From Geosiphon pyriformis uo1 (taxonomy: Eukaryota; Fungi; Glomeromycota), in contig JAAOMT010000235.1 in assembly GCA_016748015.1 (NCBI GenBank), forward strand, positions 1-64,000: a stretch of 64,000 nt of DNA, given 5' to 3'. Shown here in pieces: positions 36,229 to 50,025 of the stretch. The position numbers were made by a program, and so were the translations under genes. Numbering within the stretch: position 1 is the first letter of the stretch; every line of letters starts with the position of its first letter. The notes under the pieces were generated by a model, which did no database searches, had not been told where the DNA came from, and saw only the letters and a list, made by a program, of their open reading frames with translations.

Positions 36229-39200
36229 GTTTCTACTTCATCTTCATAATCAAATCCAGCTAATTCTATAGTGTATTCAATATATTCAGCTTTTTTCATT
36301 TAGCGAACATCTTCTTGAGTGGCTCTATTGATTAATGCCATTGCTAAGTCAAAAATCATTTCAGCATCATAAGGGTAGTGGTAAAGTTTATTGAGAGCAC
36401 TGTTGTATGCTGCATCAAATGGTGTCTCTCTTCTGACTTTTTCCAAAATTGATAGAGCATATTGACAGGTTTGATCACATACTCCTCCTCTCATTGCTAC
36501 ATCAATTCAATTGCATTCTTCTGGTAGTATTTCTCCACATGTAAGACAAGATGTGTTGTCCCATTTTCCACTTCTTTTTGGAGATCCAAATCATTCTCTA
36601 TGGCATGTTTTGCAAAAGTAACAGGTACGAGTTTCATATTCCTCTTCTGGAGAAATACATGCTCCCATTGATGAAAGTTTTTTGTTGCAATCTTTGTATT
36701 TAAGTGGAATATAGAATGGTTGTTTCTGTGGTTCTGGTGTAGAATATCTAACCTTCTTTCATCTCCTTGATTCTTCGAAAATCTCTTGTTTGGTTTCTTC
36801 AGTCCAATTGGATATTGATTCAAGAGCCATGTAGGTTTTAGTAAGTGGGATTTCTTTCTCCTCTTCAAATTCAAATACTGGAGCTTTTTCTGATCGTTTG
36901 TTAAAGGTACCACAGGTTGCAGGTACTATGATATATTGTCCTTGGTATGAGATTTTAAGTTCTTGAGTTTTCCAGTTCAGGTTTGCATTGGCCTTGAGAA
37001 GCCAATCATTTCCGACTAGAGCTTGGTATTGGGGTGCATTCATAACAAGAACTTTAACTGGAATGGTGATTCCATCAATTGAAAAAGGGAAATCATCAAT
37101 TTCTCTTACTAAAGTCTTCTTCATATCATCAGCTGTAACAATAACTGTTTGAGCTGGTCTGTCTACATTTTGTTTAAGTTGTTGCATCAGCTGGTAAGTG
37201 ATGATACTTCCAGCTAATCCACTATCTAAGATTAAGCGAATGGATTTTCCTTCCACTGTAGCTTCTATGTACATGACAGTAATTGCTTTCTGTTCATTGA
37301 CTGCTGCATTACTAAGTAGAAATGATGATTCATTTGCCTCAAATTCAAATGGAAATATATCTGACAGATTAGCATTTTGGGCAATTTGAGCTGGGGGAAT
37401 GGTGTGGTTGAAAGAGTTTGATCTTGGTGCTGCAATTTTACCTTCAGAAAGTGCAGTTTGTTGAAAATCCGATTCCTCTGGTATTGTAAAATAACTGGGT
37501 TGAGTGTGATAGTGATTGGGTCTTTGCTGGCCTGAATTTTGGGAAACCAACTGGTTATTTGGATTGATTCTGTTGTGGTTATTCTGCAATTGATTTTGGG
37601 GTGTGAATTGGTTATGTTGAACCAATCTTCTTACTGGTACTTGATATTGTTGAGTGGGTGGTGTCTGATATGGCTGAATTGGTAAAGGTTGCTGATATTG
37701 TTGCTGCATTGATTGTGGAGCTGGTGGATAGTAACTGTTTTGATTTTGTGGTCTTGGTGAATAATAAGTTGGTGGTGGAGATTGGTAATAGGATTGTTGT
37801 GGTAAAAAGTAACGTTGATTACTCCTGTTTTGTTGGTCTCTTTGTAATTTCCTACAATCTTGTTTCTAGTGTCCTGGAATTCCACAATAATAGCAATTTT
37901 GAGATTGGTTGTTGGATGATAATCCAAAATTGTTTTGGTTGTGTTGTTGTGGGGGTTGATATCTTTGTGGTTGTTGTTGCTGTTGTTGTTGGTTTGTGAA
38001 GTAGCTTTCAACTTTTTTTGTGAGTTGGTCTATCTTTTTTTCAGCTGCTGAACTGGTTTCTCCAATTGCAAGATTTACAAGCTTGGTGTGATTTGCTTCT
38101 TCTATTGCCATTTCATAGCTTTTTGCATGTCTAATAGTAGTTGCTAAGTCTGCTAGAGCATGTGGATGGACTTTCTTAATCAGTTTGTCTTTTAACCCTG
38201 CTATAAACTGATCCAGAATTTAAGCATCAGAATAGTAGTCATTGGTTTCCAATTGTCGGATTTGTCTGAGAAGTTTGTTAAATCTTCCAAGATAGGTCAT
38301 AACAGATTCAGATGTTTCTTGTTTGATATTGTGAAAGTGGTTTCTGAGAGTGATAGAGGTATTGTTGTCAGTGAATTGTTGTAGAAAAACATCTTTGAAT
38401 GCTTGCCAGTTTTCAAATGGTTCTTCTAAATTTTCAAACTATTCTCCTGCTATTCCTTGGAGAAAGTAGGGAATTGCTTTGAGCATTCTTGCTGCAATCC
38501 AACCATTTGTATCTTCAGCTTTTTGAACTTTGTCAAGCCATTCTTGGAGACTGGTGTCATTGTTTTCACCAGTGAATTCTGGGATTTTTGCAATGTAAGC
38601 AGTTGCCATTTCTTCTTCGTTTTCTGGAATTTCTTCTGGTTCTGATTCAGTTTCTTTACTTTCCAAGCTTTCTGAGTGATTACTTTCGTTTTCCTGTAAG
38701 TAATCAATGATATTGGCACTTGTTGATATTGGTTCCTGCTGTTTAGTAGGATTTCTAGGTGACTGAAAATCTTCTGGTCTGAAGAAACAGCTAAGTGGTA
38801 AACTTGGTGTTTGTGGTTGAACAAGTAAAATTGGAAATGGTGTAATAGAAAGTGGTAATTTGACACTGGTTCCTTGTTCAGGTGTTTGCAAGTGTTTGGC
38901 AGTTGTCTTTTGTAGTGTTGGAGTGTTTAGAGTGGTTCTTGAGTATTGCTTCAATTTTTGTTTGCCTTTATTGCTTGTTTCTGTCTCTGATTCAAAGTCA
39001 AAAGAGTATTTAGACTGTACTGGGTATTTTTCTTCACAATACTTAATAATATTAAAATTAAGTTCTTGGAAATAGGTAGCAAGTGTTTCACTGTTCAGGT
39101 TTTCTGTTTCCAAATGTGAATAATGCACTAAATTATTGTAGAGGTTGCTTCTAACTTCTGAAATGTTGTAGTTTCCAAAAAGATAATTGTTGATGTGGTT

Positions 39201-39315
39201 TTTAATGTATTGGTATACTGATTTCTTTACAATTTCAATTCCGTCTGGAATGTTGAATCTTTGCTTGCAGTGGGTGTAAATTGACTGGTAATACTCTAGA
39301 GTTGCTGTGTCTGGT
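36229..39315 (-). pseudogene. Element A gag, protease and first part of the Cys-rich domain
   Basis: AYIAKIPEFTGE capsid start, CYYCGIPGH*KQDC knuckle, LILDSGLAGSII protease; knuckle, protease and Cys domain are in one frame broken by point stops. Confidence 0.88.
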
Positions 39316-39335
39316 NNNNNNNNNNNNNNNNNNNN

Positions 39336-39640
39336 GGAGGTTTTTGGTCTCTTTTCTTGAGTGTTGTAACTGTCTGTTGGTTGCAAATTCACGTTTTCTA
39401 GAAGTAGTTGAACCTCCAATAACTGAATTTATCTTCAAATTATCTTCTATAATTTGAACTGCTGGGCTTATAAGTGGAATGGCCAATTCTGTGCCAGTTG
39501 CTTCATGTAGTTATGTTGTAGTAAATGTCAACTTTTTCCCAGGAATTGCTCATCTGGAAGCTTACTAAAAATGTGTAGTTACTTTGCTGTGAAAGTCAAC
39601 TCTTCTACAGAAATCTCGTCTGTAGGCTACCCTAATGATT

Positions 39641-39671
<31 letters not shown>

Positions 39672-40305
39672 TAAATGTAAAAGAAATAGAATTCTGTTAA
39701 GGGAAACGTTTTCTATCCAGGCCTGGAGTCACTAACAGTTTACTGAAATTGGTAGCTAATCAATTTTAAAACGTTAGTTGGGTTTTAAAAATTTTCCAAG
39801 TGCAATAATTAAAGAATTTGGTTTTTCGAATTATTTGATATTTATTTCTTTTTGTGTGTGTAGGAATGGTTTTAAGTGATAAATCTAAAGTAAGATACAT
39901 TTTCCAGAAGAGAAAAGCTCTTCTTTTATACAACTTGTTGTAGTACTAGTTTATGAACTTGCACTTTTTTTTTCTTTGCCCAAATTCCGGCAAACTAAAG
40001 ATACATTTTGATGAACTACAAGTTATTTTGCTGAACTATTGATTAATTTGGATGAACTATTCATAATTTCGGCGAATTTCTTATAAATTTTGGCAAATTT
40101 TTGAATGTTACAAAGTTCAGGGTATTGTGTAATTTGATCATCTTACTTTTTGTTATACTAATTAGATTATTTTACTTGAATTGTGATATGTGATAATTGA
40201 TTAAATAATAAATGATAATTTGAAATGATATTAATATACTAATGAATTATAGGAATTATAAGAGTAATTTCATGCTAATTAATAGCTAAAATTCTACTGG
40301 TAACA
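39336..40305 (-). repeat. 5' LTR of A (inner end and PBS lie in the N gap at 39316-39335)
   Basis: Direct repeat of the 3' LTR at 23513-24465. Confidence 0.93.
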
Positions 40306-40786
40306 GCATCTTTAATAATATAACCAATAACAAAAATTGAAATTTGAGTGGATATATCCTTCAGAACTAAGAAATTGTTACCACATAGAACATTAAATTC
40401 ACTGCAAGCTAAAAATATCCTGTTAGAAGGGATTTTGGACAGTATTTTCTGAACTGTCTCAATTAATGTTATAAACTTGGTATTGGTAAGTATCTCTTTT
40501 CAGTCATATGGCTTTGGTATTATAGAAATCCAAACTTGCTTCCACTATATAAGCACTGTATTTAACACTAAATACACATTAAGAATGTCCAACAAACCAC
40601 CTAGAACTTGAGCATCTCCATGCTACTAAAGCTTGTTAGAAATACCAGAAACACCAGCAGCTTTTTTATTTGGCAATTCTTTGATTACTAAGAGAAATTT
40701 ATCAGACTTAATATTACACATAATATTTGAAAATATATCATCATTAACATAGTCCAAAAAAACATATTGATTAGACCAATAAGCAG
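40306..40786 (-). mobile_element. LINE L-1, middle segment (start of RT)
   Basis: FLLVIKELPNKKAAGVSGISNKL and *KQVWISIIPKPYD*; contiguous with both flanking L-1 segments once A and C are removed. Confidence 0.85.
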
Positions 40787-41607
40787 TATTACAGATGATT
40801 ATTTGGAATCTCAAATCAAATAACAAACCTATAACTTGGTGCTTAAAAACTGCTACAATTAATATTATCTGAAGGTTTTGGTTGAGTTCTTTGTATAATG
40901 AACAAAGATTTTTATGTTGTTTTATTCATAGCTTTTTAGAATTACAATTCCATCAAATTTTTTTCTTTAGCATGATGGCTGGTTTATTCTGGCAGTTATG
41001 CTCTTCTGGTAAGCTATTCTTAATTTCCAAGTTTTCTACTCTTGTTTCACAGGTCTTTTACCAGACTATTTTTAACATCAATAACTCAGTGCTTAATCTC
41101 TTTAATCAGTTAGTAACAAATAAAAATAAAAATAAAATAAAATAAAATAAAGAAAAGAAAATAAGCCAAGACAAGTAAGTTAGTATCTCATTAATAGCTG
41201 TAATCAAGAGTTATTGTTCCAGTATGATTAAGTATTAGATACTATCAACATATAGTGTTAATAGTAAAAAGAGTAATTTGGATAGAAAATAATTATTTTA
41301 TTAATATTGATGATTCTATTCTGTGAGATATTTGTAGTAATTCTGTTTTTTTGTTTTTAACACTCTTGTTATATATATATAATTTGGGTTCTACAAAATT
41401 GCTCATATTTCCAAACAATGTGCTATAATTTCTTGAGCAATTTGCCCTAATTTTCTAATATTGCTCTACATTGTTGAACAATATGCTATAATTCCTAACA
41501 ATGCTCCATATTGCTAAGCAATATGCTCATATGTTAACTACTATTCTTTTATTGGTCTATCTGTTTTTTTTACTTATTTTCTTGTATGTTTTTTTCAATA
41601 AGTAACA
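40787..41607 (-). repeat. 3' LTR of C
   Basis: Diverged direct repeat of 59944-60781. Confidence 0.9.
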
Positions 41608-42253
41608 TTATCTTCTTCTTTTAATATTAAGCTTTATTGAAATTTTTATTTTGAATTAGTTCTATGACTTCTTTTTCTAGTATCATTTGTTTAACTCTGG
41701 TTCTTATATCTTTGATTTATGAGTTGTTTATTTTTTTTTATTGGTTAATGGTCATTGTCTCTATGTTAGAGTGTAGCAATATTTCTGGGTAATTTTAAAA
41801 TATTATGTGTATTTAATAGATTGTTTTAATATGTAGTGTCAGATTTGGTTTTTTTTTAATAATATCTTCAATATTCTGTATTATCTTTTGATTGAATATT
41901 CTTTTAGATTTATTGAGATATAACTTTTGAATATCCAATTTTTGTTCCAACTAATAGTAACAGTATAATATTGATAGTTGTTTTATTCAATTTTCTTTTG
42001 AGGATTCTTCTGTTGGAGCTATAATAAATATTTTCTTAAAAGTGTTTTTTACTTTTTCTATTATTTTATCCAATCAGTATTTTGTTTGGTTCTGTGGTCA
42101 CTAATATGGTGTATTTTTTGCTTTTTTATCTTGTTTGGTGTTCTAATAGCAGATTGTTTGGTGGTTGATAACAATTTCTATGTTTAATTGTTGTTAATTT
42201 AAGATCTGAAATAATTGTTAAGTTAAAGTGTGAATATGATCCAGTATTTCCAT
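41595..42253 (-). pseudogene. Element C accessory ORF3 (decayed)
   Basis: MEILDHIHTLT*QLFQIL...IEIVIN and LYCYY*LEQKL...LTLHIKTIY*IHIIF*NYPEILLHSNIETMTINQ align by eye to ORF3 of D. Confidence 0.65.
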
Positions 42254-45200
42254 TTTTTTTGTTGCTTTTGTTACATATATCATGTTTTTATATAGTTTTT
42301 AGTCAATCAACTTGACATGTTTGAATTAATAATTATAATTGGTTCCAGATCTTGTAGAATTTTATCTGATTGGATTAGTATTTATTGTACTCTTAATTGT
42401 GAAATATTACTAATAGCTAATAATACTATATTGTGATATGGTTTTAGTTGATCATTATGTACTGCTTTGGCTAAGATTTTGTTGCCTCATCTTAATTTAT
42501 AAGCTTCATTTCCTAGAATTTTTTCTATGTAGAATGGTTTATTCTATTTGGGGTTAAATTTTTCACTTCATTGTTTTTTCACTTTGGTATGATATAAAAG
42601 TACTTTGTTTTCAATCTTGAATTTTACTGGTTTATTTAATAACTGGTTATTATGTCATTTTTTTTGTTTTTATTGTGACTTTTGAATGTTATCAGTTGCT
42701 TTTTATTAGTTGTTTTCTAGTGTTTTTATTAAGTCATATGTTTTTCTCAACAAAGTTTCTTGGAAATTATCTTCTGTTAGTTCTGTTGAATATGTGTTGA
42801 CTTTTATTTCAATTGATAATGTTGTTGTTCTATCATATACTAATTTAAATGGTGTTGTTTGTGTGATATTTTGCTTTATTGTTCGATAAGCAAATAGTAT
42901 TGATAATATAAACAAATCCTATTTGTCCTGGTTTTCTTAACTGATTTTGGCTATTGTTTTATACAATGTTCTGTTAAACTTTTCTATTAACTCATTTGTT
43001 TGTAAATGATATAGTAATGATAATGGTCTTTTGATTCCAAATTTTTGGCTTAATTCTGTTAATATTTTGTTTACAAAATGAGTTCTTTAATCTGATAACA
43101 ATTTTTTTGAACATTCATGTTGACAAATCAAATCTTGGTGAACGAATTCAGCTATGAATTTTGCATCTGTTTTTTGAATTGCTTTTGTCTTCAGCCATTT
43201 TGTAAAGTAATCTATGGCTACTGCAATATATCAGTTGCCTTTGTTGGTTATTGTTAATGGTCTGACTAAGTCAATTCCAATTTGATCAAATGATTGTTTT
43301 ATTTTAATTGGTCTTAGTAGTTCACTAGGTCTCATTTCTTTTTTTTTTGACAAGCATCACAATTTTGAACATATTGGATGATGTCTGAATATATTAATAG
43401 TCAATAATTTTTTTTTCTGGTTTTTTTCATAGTTGTTTCTTTATAAAAGTGTCCTGTTATCAGATCTGAGTACATGTTATATAGTATTGTTTTTTTTTCT
43501 GATTTTGTAATTATTCTAAGTAGTTGATTTAGATTCTTTTTGTTTTTCTGATATAATATATTTTGGTGGATGATAAAATATTTGAATTGTTGTTTTATAT
43601 TGTTTTGTTTTTTTGGAGATAATTTTTTCTTAAACTGCTGGGTATTAATATAGTGTTGAAATTGTTGATATTTTTGTGTATTCATTTTTTGTTATATTTT
43701 TGGGTTAAAATGTTTTTAGATTTGTTTTATTTGTGACAAACTATTAGTATTTCCATTTTTTTTTCCTTTTTTATAATATACTGTATATTTAAATAGTAAA
43801 AGTTCTATTTTCTATCTGGTGTAGTGGTCATCTCCAAATTTTTGCTTTTGAATTGATGTCAATTCTTTGTGATCAGTGTATATGTCAAATTTCTGGCTTA
43901 AGTATTCCTTCCATTTTATGACTGTTTAATAGATGGCTAAGTGTTCTAGTACTAGTGTTCTATAGTTCTTTTTAGCTAAACTTAAATTTTAGCTAACATA
44001 TACTACTGGATGTTTTTTTCTATCCAGTCTTTTCTGCAATAAGACTGCTCTTAATGCTTGATCTGATACATTGGTAGTAATAATGAATGGCTTGCTGTAA
44101 TCTAAATAGATCAGTACTGATGCTTGAATAAGCTTTTCTCTTAAAGTGTTAAAAGCTTTTTGTTGTTTTTTAGTCCATTCATATTTTATATTCTTGGCTT
44201 GAAGCTGGTAGAGTGGTTGGGCCAGTTTGGAGAAGTTTTGGATAAAATGGTGATAATATCCAGTAAATTCCAAAAATGCTTGTAGTTCTGTCAAATTTAT
44301 TGATATTAAAAAGTTTTTGACAATCTTAATTTTGTTTGAATCTGTCTTGATGCCATTTTTGTTTACAACATGTCCTAGAAATTTCAATTCCATTTTGCCA
44401 AAAAAGCATTTAATTGTATTCAGTTTTAATCTTGCTCTTTTCAATCTTTTGAATACTTGCTGGAAGTAATACAAATAATCATCAAATGTTTTTGAAAACA
44501 CATTGGTGTCATCCAAATATACAACTACTAATTTTCATAGCAGTCTGATATAAACAATTTTTATAAGCCATTGAAATATGGCTGAAGTGTTGATTAAGCC
44601 AAATGATATAACTTTAAATTCGAAATTCTCTTTTTTGATAGTAAATGTGGTCTTTTCTTTATTAGCTGAATTTATGACTACTTATTAGTAACCATTATCT
44701 AGATCCAATATTGAGAACCATTTTTTTTCTCTAAAAGCATTGAATAATTCTTGAATATATAGAGTAAGATAGCTGTTTCTACAAGTTACACTATTAAGTT
44801 TTCTATAATTTACACAAAAGTGAATTTTTCCAGTTTTTTTATGAATTAGTACTACTGGTAATGACCATAAACTCATTGATAGTTAAATTAACCTATTGTC
44901 CAATATTTTGTTGATTTCTTGTCAAATGATCTCATGGTTAGCTGGTGGCATTCAATATGCTCTCTGTTTAATTGGCATTATATCTCCAGTCTTGATCTGA
45001 TGCTGGATAATATTAATTTGGCCAAATTTGTTTTTACTGGCAAAGATGTCAATGAAATTGTTAAGCAACATCTTGAGCTGCATCTATTGGAGTGGGTCTA
45101 AGTTTCCCAAGTTTATTTGTTTCAATTGTTCTGGTTGGAGCATATAATATTTTTTTCATTCATATATTGTTTGTAATATTATGTTTACATATCTACACAG

Positions 45201-45544
45201 TTGTGGAAAATCTGAAATAGTGCTTGGTGGTTGGTTTTTGACTTCAGTGCTTAAATATCTGATGATAGTTCTTTTTGATATTTTAAGAATCTCTTCAGTT
45301 GTATTGTAAATAGAAATTTTAATGTGTTTAGAGTTTTTGGCTGGTATGTAAAAATTGATAATTCCAATTTTTCTTGATTTACAAATGATAGCTTCTATTT
45401 TGAAAATTTGAGCTTGATTCTTTACTTTTCTTTTTATGATTAATATGTACTGGTTATATGGTGGGATGGAAATTGATTAATGAGTAAAGATAATTTTTTT
45501 TTTGTTAACAACTTCTTTTTCGGCCATATTGACTGATACATCTA

Positions 45545-45960
45545 TTCTACTTGTGGATCTAAATCCACTTATTTCTCTTACTGTTATCCCTAAATTTTTT
45601 TTTTCCTATTGATACTAACTAAGCTATTTTAACCAGAGATAAAAATATCATCTGTGCTATTTTTTTATTTGGTTTAATGATATATTTTTTTTTCAAGTCA
45701 TTTTGTAACATTGCAATAATATTTTCCACATATTTTGCATCAATTATTTTTTCTCTAATGTTGATACCTTTTTTTGCTAAACTATTTCTAGATGCTTGTT
45801 GAATTATTATCATTGCTAAAATTTCTAGTGCTACTTTTAGATCAATACATATGCACAAATATGGTTCCAATTTGATGGCATTTTTCCCTAGATATCTAAG
45901 ATTAAATCCAGCATCAGTATCATGTACATGTTTCAGCATAATGTTTTTATCATTATTGCT
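45545..45960 (-). pseudogene. dUTPase domain in pol of element C
   Basis: DAGFNL, ASRNSLA, IIDAKYVE, KIAQMI, REISGFRSTS. Confidence 0.85.
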
Positions 45961-46898
45961 GAACTATTTCAGTTCTTGTTTTTTGTAAGATCAGAAAGTG
46001 TAATGTATTGTTCTGGATTTAAATTGGAGTCTGAATTGTTGTTAACAATATTGTTATTTTGGACTAAACTGAAACTATTGTTTTCATTGTCATTGTTAGA
46101 GTTTAAATCAGGATTGAATTTTGATTTTAATATGCAGCTGTTGATTGGTTCTTCTTCTTTAAGAATTAAATAAATCATTCATAATGGTGAATTGTAAATA
46201 AAGTCACACTTATTACAATACTGAAAGTCATAGAGAATCAGACAGTATTGATAAAGTCAAGTATTTAGCCATTTTAGTTGTTGTTCTTGTTTTTTTTAGT
46301 CAAGTTCTGGTAATGTTCATGGAATTGCTTAGGATTGTCCTTGACATTATTCAAGACATTAAAAGTTAGGATGTATTCTGGTTTAAAGAGTATTAGAGAA
46401 TTATTCTTGATTTTCAGTATTTCACTGAGTAAAGCACCTTCTGCTTTTGCACTTACCATTCTCCAGATTTTGTGTCTGTTGTATAAGTAACTTTTCAATT
46501 TTTTTAGTGCTCATTTCCAGGCATTGTTGATGGACATTTTTTTTTGTACCCAGTTATTGATTAGAATCATGTATTGACATGATTCATCACATGTTTTTTC
46601 TCATTCAAGAATATAATTCCACATTTTTTTGTCAGACAAAATGGTTCTACATGCGAAACAAAGTTTGTTGTTTCATTTTTTTTGTCTTTTTGGTCTTCCA
46701 AATTGCTTGAAAACACATGGGCAACAGTAATATTTAGTGGCTATTGGCCATTCCTTATTGTCACCATAACACGTGCCTATTGTTGACAATTTTTTGCCAT
46801 AATTGACACAAATTAGCCTGGGTTGACAATAGTTTGGCTGTGGTTGAGTGATAGTGGTATATGGTATATAAGTAGAGGTTGTTGCTTGGGGTTTTTTT

Positions 46899-46903
<5 letters not shown>

Positions 46904-46950
<47 letters not shown>
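46904..46950. repeat. 47-nt T homopolymer inside pol of C
   Basis: Directly visible in the sequence. Confidence 0.95.
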
Positions 46951-49093
46951 CCTCTCATGTAGGCACTGGTAGTAAACTATTGTAGTTATTGTCAGCCTAC
47001 AAGACTTGATAGGCTTTCCAAGTAGGTCTCTCTTTCTCTTTTTCTAATTTAATTAGTGGGATTTGAATAGTATTGGTTAGTTTGAAATGATTACACATGA
47101 CTGGTACTTTAGTATGCTAACTATTTTGGCTGATTTGCAGTTCTTGAATGGTCCAGTTAAGCACAGCATTTGTTTTGAACAACCAGTTATTACTAACTAG
47201 AGCTTGGTATTAAGTGGCTTCTATGATAAGAACTTTGATCAGTATACTGATGCTGTTAACTTTGATTAGAAAGTCATTGATTTCGCCAATTGTGGTCTCA
47301 TCAGCAGTGATAATTTTGGCACTGGCAGTGCAATCAACTTAGTAACCTAATTGGTCTATAAATTGCTTGGTAATAATGCTGTCTGCCAAACTACTATCTA
47401 GTATCAGTTTGATGAACTGATCATTAACCTTGGCATTAGTGTATATCACAGTAATGAGTTTTGTGTTTAAAGCAGCTTTACTAAATAATGGGGTTATTAA
47501 GGATTTTTCAAGTTCAAAGAGAAAAATTGTGGCTAATAATTTGTTGTTAGTGACAGTTGCTGAAGATATGTTGTTGGTAAATGGCTTTTAGTTGGTTTCC
47601 TAATAATTAGATTGGGTGTTTTCTGAAATAACCAAAAGACTTAAATAGTATTGGGCAGTTGGGTTTTGGGTGAGTTTCCAAATTTTGCTGTTGCAATTTA
47701 AATTTTTGGGCTATTAAACTGGAAATTGGTTGGTACATTATTATCACCAATTACCAATTTTGACAGATCTGCATAGTTCTTAGTTTTTGGTTTCTGTTTT
47801 GAGGTAAGTTCTATAACAGTATTAAAATTGGTTGGGATTGATAAATTAGCTGAGTTTAGAGTGGTTAATAAATTACTTGAGCTGAATGTTGATAAATTAG
47901 TGCTTAATAAATTGGCTACATTATTTGAAAAAAATGAGGCTGATATTAGTATTGTTTATTTAATAGATTATTGATATAGTTCAGAGTTTGAAATTTACAA
48001 TCATGGTTTTGAAATTGAGTTTCTGATTATTGGTTATTTAACCTTAACTGGCAATCAAATTTTAGATGCTCTTGTTTATTATAATAGTAACAAATACATG
48101 TTTTTTGCAGCTATTTTTGATTTGAGAAAGCTGGCCATGATTAATGCTGGAGTTAATTGGAATTTCCTGGGTTTCCATAATATTGTAATGGCTGATAAAT
48201 AATCTGATTGCTATTATTATTATCTAAGTACTTTTCTAGTTTCTGATTAATCAAATCACTAAATTGTTTCAACTTAGAATCCAATTCAAATAATCTATTT
48301 ATTACTAAATTCATAGCTTGAACTTGTCTGGCTTTTAGCTTAGCTAATTCAAAATCTTTGACATAAGTGACTGTGTTTTGTAGTATATCTGGGCACATTG
48401 GCCATACTTATTGTAAGATAGTGCTGCATAAATCATAAATGAATTGATTCAAAATTTGGGGTGTTGTAAAATAATTCATATCAATTGCTTGAATCTGGTG
48501 CAGATTCCTATAAAAACATCTCAGATAAGTGATAACTGCTTCAATTTCTTCTTGCTTAATAGTAGTGAAATGGACAAACAATCAATTGATGCTGTTGTGA
48601 TTGTTAAAATACTATAGAAAAGCATTTTTGAACACCTTAAATATATCAGATTTATTTATGAGACTTTAATACCATGAGTTAGTTGTATTTTGGAGAAAGT
48701 AGAAAATGGCTTATAGCACTCTTGTTTTATCCCAACTGTTGGTTACAATTACTTTTTCCATATTGTTGAGTCAGGCTTAAGTGTTTTCTTCTTCACCAGT
48801 AAATTTCTTGAATTTAATGATAGGTACATATGCCATTGGTGCTAGCTACTGTAGTTGCTGTAGATTTTGTTGATGCTAAAAAACAGGAATTGGGGCTTCT
48901 GGTAAATAGATCCATATAACTAGAAATAGGTTTTTCTAACTAATAAAAACAGAGTTTGGATTGTTCAGGTTTTGCAGAGTTGAAACAATCAGGGTTTGTA
49001 TTTCTGGGTTTTCTAAGATTGAGTTTTGATTATTAATTTTCTGATCACTATTTTTCTCTTCTTTAAAGTTGGTTATTTCTCAAAAGCTAGTAG

Positions 49094-50025
49094 TATTACA
49101 GTAAATTATTTGGGATCTCAAAGCAAATAACAAACTTGTAACTTGGTGCTCAATTAATATAATGATGTTGGTTTTTGAAGATTTTTGTGATCTAAAGATT
49201 TTGGTTGAGTTTTTTGTATAATAGACAGAGAATTAATAGTTGTTTCAGTAGCCTTTTAAAATCACAATTCCATTAATTTTTTTCTTAGCTTGGTGGCCAG
49301 CAATCCTCTGGTAAGCAATTTGTAATTCTTATGCATTCTACCCACTTGCAGGAGTCTTTTACCAGACAATTCTTGATGTTAATAACTCAGTGCTTAATTC
49401 TTAATAAGTTTAGTAAACCACCAACAAGATCTAAAATAAAATACAGAAAATTAAACCAAGGCAATGCAAGTTAGTATCTCATCAATAGTCATGATTAAGA
49501 GCTATTGTTCTCATGTGTTTTAAGTATCAATTACTATCAACATTTAGAGTTGATAGTGAGCAATTAAATTTGAGATTCTGAATAAGAAATATTTATTGAT
49601 ATTTGGAATAATATGGTTTCTAACTAGAAAACAGTAACTAATGAATTTTTGTCTGGGGATTCTTCTTCTTTTTGTTTCTAATACTATTGCTATATATACA
49701 TATTTTCTAGTTTTACAGGATTGTCTTGGATCATCTATTCTTGCTAGCTATCACTTTGTTTTCTTATGTTATACCTAATTATTCTATGTTATAACACATT
49801 ATTTGATGTTATTACACATTATTCTGTGTTATCCTGTATTATAACACATTATTCTATATTATAATGCATTACTCTATGTTATCTTGTATTATAACACATT
49901 ATCTTATATTAAACACATTATCCAACATTATTGCACATTATTCTGTGTCTTTTTATGTTTTGTCATATTTTTTTAGGTTATGTTTTTCCTTCTTTCTTTG
50001 ATCAGCTTTCCTTCTTTAAGTAACA
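49094..50025 (-). repeat. 3' LTR of D
   Basis: Direct repeat of 58395-59256 with a longer internal 10-11-bp tandem array. Confidence 0.9.

Larger units (their letters stand above)
23513..40305 (-). mobile_element. Ty3/Gypsy LTR retrotransposon A (gag-PR-Cys domain-dUTPase-RT-RH-IN, ORF3), interrupted by B
   Basis: TGTTACCAG...CTGGTAACA termini, GCAT TSD (23509-23512, 40306-40309), paired LTRs, PPT at 24466-24480; removing A restores the LINE motif KDALEKNRKLW. Confidence 0.95.
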
